NCBI GenBank assembly: GCA_965216565.1
Contig: OZ244170.1
Location: 4,960,001 to 5,024,000 of the forward strand
DNA: 64,000 bases
From: Bythopirellula sp.
GTDB taxonomy: Bacteria > Planctomycetota > Planctomycetia > Pirellulales > Lacipirellulaceae
Direction of reading: 5' to 3'
The notes beneath the pieces are model-generated. The model ran no database searches and was not told where the DNA came from. It saw nothing but the letters and a program-made list of their open reading frames with translations. Within the stretch, counting starts at the first letter, position 1, and every line of letters begins with the position of its first letter. Shown piece after piece: positions 57,860 through 64,000 of the stretch. A program made the position numbers and the translations under genes.

Positions 57860-58969
57860 ATGGCGGAAAAGAGCACCACCAAAGAATATCCGTGGATGGC
57901 TCGCGCGGTGGAACTCGCCCAACGCGGACGAGGCTCGGTCGAGCCCAATCCCATGGTGGGCTGCGTCATTGTTCAAGATGGCGAGGTTGTGGGGGAAGGT
58001 TGGCACCAAGAATTCGGCGGCCCCCATGCGGAGATCGAGGCCCTGCAAGCGGCCCAAGCAAAAGCCCGCGGTGCCGATGTCTACGTCACCCTCGAACCCT
58101 GCTGCCACACCGGAAAAACCGGCCCCTGCACAACCGCACTCATCGATGCGGGGGTGAAACGCGTTGTCGTAGGTTGCGAAGATCCCAATCCACAAGTCGC
58201 CGGCAAGGGAATGGCTGCCTTGCGGGAAGCGGGAATCAAGGTCACAGAACTAGCCGACTTCGACGATGCCCGGCACCTGATTGCCCCTTTCGCAAAACTC
58301 ACCCGCATGGGCCAACCTTGGATCATTGCCAAATGGGCGATGACACTAGATGGCAAAATCGCGACACGCACAGGCAGTAGTCGCTGGATTAGCGGAGAAG
58401 AATCCCGTGCACTCGTGCATCAAATTCGCGGCTGCGTGGACGGCATTCTAATTGGTCGCGGCACTGCCGTGGCCGACGATCCTTTGCTAACGGCCCGCCC
58501 CAGTGGCCCTCGCGTCGCCACGCGGATTGTGCTGGATACGACGGCGGCTCTGTCATTGGAGAGCCAGCTCGTAAAAACCGCAGCTGAGATTCCGCTGCTG
58601 ATCGCTACCAGTGAGAAGGCTCGGGATGAGAATATCGAAAAACTCGAGATTGCTGGAGCAGAGGTTCTAGTATGCCTAGGGGAAAGCTCAGCACAGCGTT
58701 TGGCCTTCTTGCTCGATGAACTTGGGCGACGCCAGATGACCAATATTTTGATAGAAGGCGGACCAAGGATCCTTGGCAAAATGTTCGACACCAGTTCAGT
58801 GGATGAGGTACTCGTATTTGTGGCGCCGAAGCTGGTTGGCGGACGGGAAGCAGTGGCGGCAGTGGGCGGCAATGGAATTGCGGAGATGTCCGACGCATTG
58901 CGGTTGGACGCTCAGTCTATCGAGCCTCTGGGAGACGATGTCCTGCTGCGAGGAAGAGTCCACCGCTGA
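57860..58969 (+). CDS. ribD: Bifunctional riboflavin biosynthesis deaminase/reductase
   Basis: PNPMVGCVIV, HAE, VTLEPCCH.GKT.PC, KWAMTLDGKIA, SRWISG, IEGG. Confidence 0.97.
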   Translation: MAEKSTTKEYPWMARAVELAQRGRGSVEPNPMVGCVIVQDGEVVGEGWHQEFGGPHAEIEALQAAQAKARGADVYVTLEPCCHTGKTGPCTTALIDAGVKRVVVGCEDPNPQVAGKGMAALREAGIKVTELADFDDARHLIAPFAKLTRMGQPWIIAKWAMTLDGKIATRTGSSRWISGEESRALVHQIRGCVDGILIGRGTAVADDPLLTARPSGPRVATRIVLDTTAALSLESQLVKTAAEIPLLIATSEKARDENIEKLEIAGAEVLVCLGESSAQRLAFLLDELGRRQMTNILIEGGPRILGKMFDTSSVDEVLVFVAPKLVGGREAVAAVGGNGIAEMSDALRLDAQSIEPLGDDVLLRGRVHR

Positions 58970-58971
58970 GG

Positions 58972-59391
58972 TCACTCCCCCCAGATCGTAGCGACCAGTT
59001 TTCGGCGTCCGCCCCGATTTCGATGCTCACACAGGTAGATTCCCTGCCAAGTGCCTAAGCAAAGCCGCCCTTCGCGAATCGGTACAGAGACGCTACTTCC
59101 TAGCAGAGAAGACTTCACGTGGGCCGGCATGTCGTCCGGGCCTTCGCATGTATGCCGATGGGGAAAGTCTTCCGGGGCGATCGCCGACAGGGAGCTTTCC
59201 AAATCGAGCGGAACGTCTGGATCGGCATTTTCATTGATGGAAAGGCTTGCCGAGGTGTGCTGAATGAACAGATGCAGGATCCCCACGTCGAACTCGGCGA
59301 GCTCCGGCAGCGACTGCAGGATTTCGCTGGTGATCAAATGGAAGCCGCGGCTCTGCTCAGAAAGCTGGATAATTTGTTGATTCCAGGGCAT
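58972..59391 (-). CDS. yjbQ: YjbQ/UPF0047 secondary thiamine-phosphate synthase family protein
   Basis: HTSASLSINENADP.V..D, EGPDDMPAHVKS, LGTWQGIYLCEHR; GAGG RBS before MPW. Confidence 0.92.
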   Translation of the reverse strand: MPWNQQIIQLSEQSRGFHLITSEILQSLPELAEFDVGILHLFIQHTSASLSINENADPDVPLDLESSLSAIAPEDFPHRHTCEGPDDMPAHVKSSLLGSSVSVPIREGRLCLGTWQGIYLCEHRNRGGRRKLVATIWGE

Positions 59392-59661
59392 GCTCGTCCT
59401 CAGTGGGGTCCCCAATCTTGATAGCCCAGTCATGATAGCAGAGTGGCTCGGGGTGCCGGCGGTGTCCGGTCTAGTCACTGGTTGCCAATTCGTTCAACGT
59501 TACGAATGTTCTACTGGGGACAGCCTGAAATCCAGGGCTCGGCACCCACCATGGCAACGCTGCAAATACCTCAAAATGTCTATCCTGACTACCTAATTGA
59601 CAGGGATTACCTGGGCTACACAGCTGTGGGGGTTAATTGTCAATACCTGCCGAGAAAAAAC

Positions 59662-59689
59662 TTGACTTAGCTCCCTGGCTGGTAATAAT
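59662..59689 (+). promoter_or_regulatory. Putative sigma70 promoter with an upstream A-tract
   Basis: AAAAAAC-TTGACT-N16-AATAAT, about 290 nt upstream of the 76-aa ORF. Confidence 0.5.
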
Positions 59690-59982
59690 CACTTCTCAAG
59701 AACTAGCATTTTGTTAACAGCACGGCCAATAGCACGTTCTCCAGCCATAGACCCTGTCAGGAGAATGTTGCCGGTCATGCTGATATCCCCCCCGAAGGTT
59801 GGTCCATACCAAGTAACCCTGGTCATGGAGGAGTTTTTTCGCTTCAGGAGGAAGCAATCATTGGCTTAGCGTCGATAGTACGCTAGCCGCAGGTGTTTTT
59901 TCGCTTGCAATGAGTATCCAGGTAGCCTTGGCCTCGCCGGTCTCCAACCGCAATTGTTGAAGATTCAGGAGAAGTCAGTAAG

Positions 59983-60213
59983 ATGCCAGACCCAAAATTA
60001 AAGAACGTATTTGAAGCCATTCTCAAATATGGCCACGACGAAGATTTCGCCCCGAACGCTGACCGCGATTTCAAGAGCACCCAGGCACCTGCTGGCTCTC
60101 GAGAGAAGCTGGAAGTGATGGCTGAACGCGTACGATCGGGCCATCCGTTGTGGCACGACTCCGACCGAGCCGACTACAGCGGTCTCACGGGTGCCGTCCG
60201 CCCCCGCGACTGA
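59983..60213 (+). CDS. Small hypothetical protein (76 aa)
   Basis: AGGAG RBS, its own terminator, and a T.AP.GS.EKL.V..ER...G.PLWH..D motif that I recall from planctomycete small proteins. Confidence 0.78.
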   Translation: MPDPKLKNVFEAILKYGHDEDFAPNADRDFKSTQAPAGSREKLEVMAERVRSGHPLWHDSDRADYSGLTGAVRPRD

Positions 60214-60286
60214 GCTGAATTCCGCACCACTTCATCACTCATTCGATGAGGTTGGGCGTAATCGCTGCTACGAGCTAGAAGTCACC

Positions 60287-60322
60287 GGCCGTCGAGCATC
60301 TCTTTGCTCGACGGCCTTTTTT
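60287..60322 (+). terminator. Rho-independent terminator
   Basis: Perfect 12-bp stem GGCCGTCGAGCA/TGCTCGACGGCC followed by T6. Confidence 0.85.
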
Positions 60323-60347
60323 CGTTTCGTAAGCTTTTTGCCGACTT

Positions 60348-60551
60348 CTAGGCACTGCGACTTAGCACAACATCCGTCCGCCGAGCGGCAACTGGCTGCT
60401 CAAATGGCTCCAACTCGTCACGGAGTACGAGCATGTCGCGAGGGGCGTCGATCCCTAGCCGCACCTTGTCGCCGCCCATTTTCAGAATCGTGATGACGAT
60501 GTCGTCGCCGAGACGAATTTTCTGGGCTTCTTTTCTTGATAACACCAACAT
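60348..60551 (-). CDS. csrA: Carbon storage regulator CsrA family RNA-binding protein
   Basis: MLVLSRK..QKI.LGDDI.ITIL...GDKVRLGIDAPRD..VLR.EL; GGAGG RBS. Confidence 0.93.
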   Translation of the reverse strand: MLVLSRKEAQKIRLGDDIVITILKMGGDKVRLGIDAPRDMLVLRDELEPFEQPVAARRTDVVLSRSA

Positions 60552-60593
60552 TGAACACCTCCGTGTGTGACCCGTGGCGGGAAATGATACTTA

Positions 60594-60620
60594 TGTACAC
60601 TATTGTGTATTTGTACACTA
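60594..60620. promoter_or_regulatory. Candidate operator upstream of csrA
   Basis: Direct repeat TGTACACTA (60594-60602, 60612-60620) overlapping the palindrome TACAC-N4-GTGTA. Confidence 0.5.
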
Positions 60621-60692
60621 ATCGCAACCCTTGTTTTCGGATTTCTCGAACCGCGTTATTCGAGGTCCTTTTTAAGGGCTGACTGCAAGCGA

Positions 60693-61010
60693 TCAGGCGG
60701 CTTCCGCGTATTGCCCGACTTCCTGCAGGTTAATTTTTGGCGCGGAGTCTAAGCGAGTCCTGTGGAGCCGCTCTCCTCGTGAGCCGTAGAACAAAATCGT
60801 ATTGGCATCGGTTTCCCAGATCGCGGAAAGTTTGACAGCACGTGGCCCGTGCAGGCAGAAGTGAACCCCGCAGGGTGTTCCACTTCGTTTTAGCAATCTG
60901 AGAGTCAATTGTGAGCTATCTGGTCTTAGTAATTCGATGTTGCTTAGGGTTTCGGTGACGAACTTGCGAATATCCTCAAAGTCTTGAATGCGCTTTTTGC
61001 ACTCCACCAT
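60693..61010 (-). CDS. Hypothetical protein (105 aa)
   Basis: GGAGG RBS before MVECK; CG..FCLHGPR.V.LSAIWE..N.ILFY.S.GER segment. Confidence 0.75.
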   Translation of the reverse strand: MVECKKRIQDFEDIRKFVTETLSNIELLRPDSSQLTLRLLKRSGTPCGVHFCLHGPRAVKLSAIWETDANTILFYGSRGERLHRTRLDSAPKINLQEVGQYAEAA

Positions 61011-61289
61011 TGAGAAATTCCTCCCAAAAAATGGATTGAGTATGATTTGTAATAGATGACAGCAAGCGGGATGAAAGAAGTGGGGTGGGGTTGAGATGCC
61101 ATCTGTGAAGGTAGGAAAGATGGCGACAAGATTAGTTATCGGCAACATACACCGATAGCTTAAGGGCTACTGCCAAGACGGATCAGCCAGAAAACTTGAG
61201 CTAGCGCTCAAGTGGATAACCAGCGCAATTGGAATGCCGAGGAGAAGTCGTAGCTTGGAATCCCACGGTAAAGTAGCGGCTTGCGTGAG

Positions 61290-61904
61290 CTATTCCTCAC
61301 CAAACACACCCGCACCGAACGAATCTTTGTTACCGACGGTAGGTTTACCACTGGGGGAATTGGGCGGCCGCGAAGGTCGAAAGTCGCCGCCCGGTCCTTC
61401 CGCATGCTGGCCCTTTTTTTGATGGGGTTGGTCGATCCGCTTGTCCTGCGCTGGCTGACGGATTTCAGGAACCTTGCTTTCTTCCACATCCAGGTCGAAA
61501 TCATCATAGCGCGAAACGTAGCCAGGCTCTTGCGAACGGTCTAGCTCTTCAAAAAACTCTTTAATCACGCAGCCTTGGATCATTTCTCGACAAGAGGAAT
61601 TGATAGGGTGCGCAATATCGGCGTACAGCTTCGCGCGACCGTCGTTGTCGACGCTCGATCGATCTTGCGGCAGCGAGACGCCACAATTGTTGCAATGTTG
61701 GGCCCGGAGGTGGTTTTTTGTACCGCATTGGGGGCAATGGGCCGTGAGTTTTCGGCTGGGCATGGCAACGAAAGGCCCGCTGGAACCTTCAATAATCTTC
61801 AGGTCTCGCACGACGAAACAATTATCGAATGTCACAGAGCAAAACGCTTTTAGTCGTTCGCCAGGGTCTTCCATGAGCTTGATTCGCACTTCGGTGACTT
61901 GCAC
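61290..61904 (-). CDS. spoVG: SpoVG family nucleic-acid-binding protein with a zinc-ribbon insertion
   Basis: MQVTEVRI, LKAFCSVTFD.CFVVRDLKIIEG..G.FVAMPSRK, DIAHPIN..CRE; insert CPQC-x10-CNNC; GAGGAG RBS. Confidence 0.9.
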   Translation of the reverse strand: MQVTEVRIKLMEDPGERLKAFCSVTFDNCFVVRDLKIIEGSSGPFVAMPSRKLTAHCPQCGTKNHLRAQHCNNCGVSLPQDRSSVDNDGRAKLYADIAHPINSSCREMIQGCVIKEFFEELDRSQEPGYVSRYDDFDLDVEESKVPEIRQPAQDKRIDQPHQKKGQHAEGPGGDFRPSRPPNSPSGKPTVGNKDSFGAGVFGEE

Positions 61905-61934
61905 GACTCATCTCCTCAACTGGGCTAGCTATTT

Positions 61935-62849
61935 CTAGCAACTGGAAACTGCGAATACTTGCCCCTCGACCATTCCAGACAACCGGCGAGCCATTTGGCG
62001 GGCTTGCACTGCGCTGCGAGCCACTCCAAAACAAGCCGAACCGCTGCCGGTCATCAAACACGTAACTGGATTCAAACTTTCTATCTCGCGAAGTAGATCG
62101 GTTATTGTCGGCATTAACCGGGAGGCGGAGTTCTGGAGCTGATTGAGCATCCCCCTACCGGCATCCCGGAGCTTGCCTTGCCGGAGGTTTGCCAACAAGG
62201 AATCTACGCTTGCAGACTGTTCTGCATGTTCTGTCTGGTGCTGCTTCCAATGCCCAAAGACCTCTGCGGTTGGCAAGCCACCTGGGGGTTTGACAACGAC
62301 AAAATGGAGAGGTGGCAGGCCAGCCGTTGGTTCTACGATTTCCCCACGTCCTCGGCAGCGTGCAGGACCATCGGCAAGGAAAAACGGTACATCGCTACCA
62401 ACGTCGGCGGCGATTTTTGCAAGACATTCTCTGGAATAGCCAATTTCCCAAGCAGCGTTGGCCAGGACCAAAGTTGCGGCCGCGTCGCTGCTGCCACCGC
62501 CCATGCCGGCCTGTTGAGGAATCCGCTTGACGAGCCGGAATGTGCCACGAGGTTCGATCCCCGCGGCATCTGCCAGTCGTCTTGCTGCCACGAGGACGAG
62601 ATTGTCGTCGGCGGAAGATAGCTTTTCGCCGGTGCGGTCTGCACAGGCTAGTTCCAGTGTACAAGGAGAATCTGGAGTGGAAGCCGCAGACCAGCTGAGG
62701 TGATCGTAGAGTTGGACCGGTACCAGGAGGGATTCCAAGTTATGGAATCCATCGGCTCTAGAGCCCAAAACGTTCAAACACACATTCAACTTGGCGGGTG
62801 CGAAAACCTCCCAAGTGGAATGGACTTGGTGAGCAAACATGGTGTGCAT
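61935..62849 (-). CDS. ispE: 4-diphosphocytidyl-2-C-methyl-D-erythritol kinase
   Basis: APAKLN, KRIP.QAGMGGGSSDAA, GSDVPFF, MTGSGS. Confidence 0.95.
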   Translation of the reverse strand: MHTMFAHQVHSTWEVFAPAKLNVCLNVLGSRADGFHNLESLLVPVQLYDHLSWSAASTPDSPCTLELACADRTGEKLSSADDNLVLVAARRLADAAGIEPRGTFRLVKRIPQQAGMGGGSSDAAATLVLANAAWEIGYSRECLAKIAADVGSDVPFFLADGPARCRGRGEIVEPTAGLPPLHFVVVKPPGGLPTAEVFGHWKQHQTEHAEQSASVDSLLANLRQGKLRDAGRGMLNQLQNSASRLMPTITDLLREIESLNPVTCLMTGSGSACFGVARSAVQARQMARRLSGMVEGQVFAVSSC

Positions 62850-63318
62850 CCAATACCATCAGCACGAATCTCATGCCCAGACCAACGCCGGACACGTTCG
62901 TTGCGGAGAAATCTGAGATTGCTGCCGTTACCCTGCGACCTTGCAGGTAGCTCAAAGGCGACGCTTTGCTGCCGCGTCGCTAAATACGGACATATGATGA
63001 GTGAAATCATAGAGAAAGAAGAGGTATTTGCAGCTGTGTTGGCCGGACGCACGGCCTAACCTTAGCAAGTATAATGATTGACGTTACACTAACACGCCGT
63101 AACTCCAATCGTCATCGAATTTTAGAGTGGTTGGCTACGTGCGTCAACGTGATCTGGCGACAAGTGCGTTTACCATCCCATTCTAAAATCGTAAGTTGCT
63201 CTGTTTGAGACGGCTTGGTAGTCGGGATAGTTTGGATTGAACCTCTTATGCTCCTAGCGATTAGGTGAAATTGCCTAGTCTGTTCCAATTTAGATATCTA
63301 CAGAGAAGGAATTGCAAC

Positions 63319-64000
63319 TTGCTACCCAAACCAGCCGATTTTGCGCAGATTCTCCGTGGTTTTATGATGGGCGGAGCGGACATCATCCCTGGAGTATCTG
63401 GCGGGACGGTCGCTTTAATTCTCGGGATCTACGATCGATTGGTAACCGCGATCAGTCATTTCGACGGACGCCTGTTGAAGCTTTTGTCTCAGCGGCAATG
63501 GCGGGAAGCCGCACAGCACGTCGATTTACGGTTCTTGGTGACACTCGGCCTTGGCATCCTGACGGGTATCGCCTGTTTAGCCAATGCGATGCTGTATCTG
63601 CTCACTGAGCAGCGTTCGTACACACTGGCTGCGTTTATGGGGCTGATTCTCGCCTCGAGTTTGATCGTTGCCCGCAGTGTGCAGCCAAAGACGATCGGTG
63701 ACATTTGGAAGTGTTGTTCTCTAGGAATATTGGCAGCGGTCTTCGCTTTCTGGCTTGTTGGGCTGGATAAATTCGACGACGCCCAGAGTCTGCCCTACTT
63801 TTTTCTGTGCGGCATGGTCGCCATTTGCGCGATGATCCTGCCCGGTATTAGCGGTGCCTATATTCTTTGGTTGCTGGGAGCCTATGCCACGGTTGCCGAT
63901 TTAGTGCATCGACTTACGACCTTCGACGTGGAGGTTAGAGATCTATTGATCTTAATTGTCTTTGCGGTGGGATGTGCCGTGGGAATCATCTCGTTCAGCA
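63319..64000 (+). CDS. DUF368 membrane protein (putative undecaprenyl phosphate translocase), truncated by the window end
   Basis: Not in the ORF track. TTG start after AGAAGGA; translates to RGFMMGGADIIPGVSGGTVALILGIYDRL and later AICAMILPGISG. Confidence 0.9.
   Translation, partial: MLPKPADFAQILRGFMMGGADIIPGVSGGTVALILGIYDRLVTAISHFDGRLLKLLSQRQWREAAQHVDLRFLVTLGLGILTGIACLANAMLYLLTEQRSYTLAAFMGLILASSLIVARSVQPKTIGDIWKCCSLGILAAVFAFWLVGLDKFDDAQSLPYFFLCGMVAICAMILPGISGAYILWLLGAYATVADLVHRLTTFDVEVRDLLILIVFAVGCAVGIISFS

Noticed and set aside
59670..59832. Possible 6S RNA
   Set aside because: An outer pairing (CTCCCTGGCTGG with CTGGTCATGGAG) exists, but its 5' arm lies inside the predicted promoter spacer and I recognise no 6S consensus. 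Left as an unassigned structured leader pending an Rfam scan.
62850..63318. ORFs and hairpins in the ispE-DUF368 divergent gap
   Set aside because: The ORFs lack an RBS and motifs and the hairpins are short. This is compatible with an ordinary divergent promoter region.

Overview
This is a gene-dense, GC-rich bacterial chromosome segment. A Planctomycetota origin (probably Pirellulales) is inferred from protein families such as TIGR03009-like, BBP7-like barrel, SpoVG with a zinc-ribbon insert and a large lipoprotein TolC. It is mostly housekeeping: ychF, ferritin, tRNA-Leu(GAG), tRNA-Gly(GCC)-tig-clpP-clpP, gap, panB, tmk, folC, tal, ribD, yjbQ, csrA, spoVG and ispE. Many envelope genes are mixed in: an ABC exporter, a DAACS symporter, an nfeD-nfeD-floA operon, TolC, MMPL/RND, an S41 protease and DUF368. 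I found no CRISPR array, prophage, rRNA or transposase gene. The best leads are all unverified hypotheses. (1) A possible Csr post-transcriptional system: csrA, a GGA-rich candidate sRNA at about 35.9-36.05 kb, and several long leaders with GGA-loop hairpins. (2) Two secreted paralogues whose motif pattern suggests a BPI/TULIP-like lipid-binding fold. (3) A secreted CX5R phosphatase-fold protein fused to a cytochrome c'-like CxxCH domain. (4) At least five palindromic REP-like families and three period-7 tandem arrays, including one REP copy translated inside folC and a nested 170-bp palindrome beside an AT-richer sulfatase islet. All calls come from reading the sequence by eye, with no database searches.
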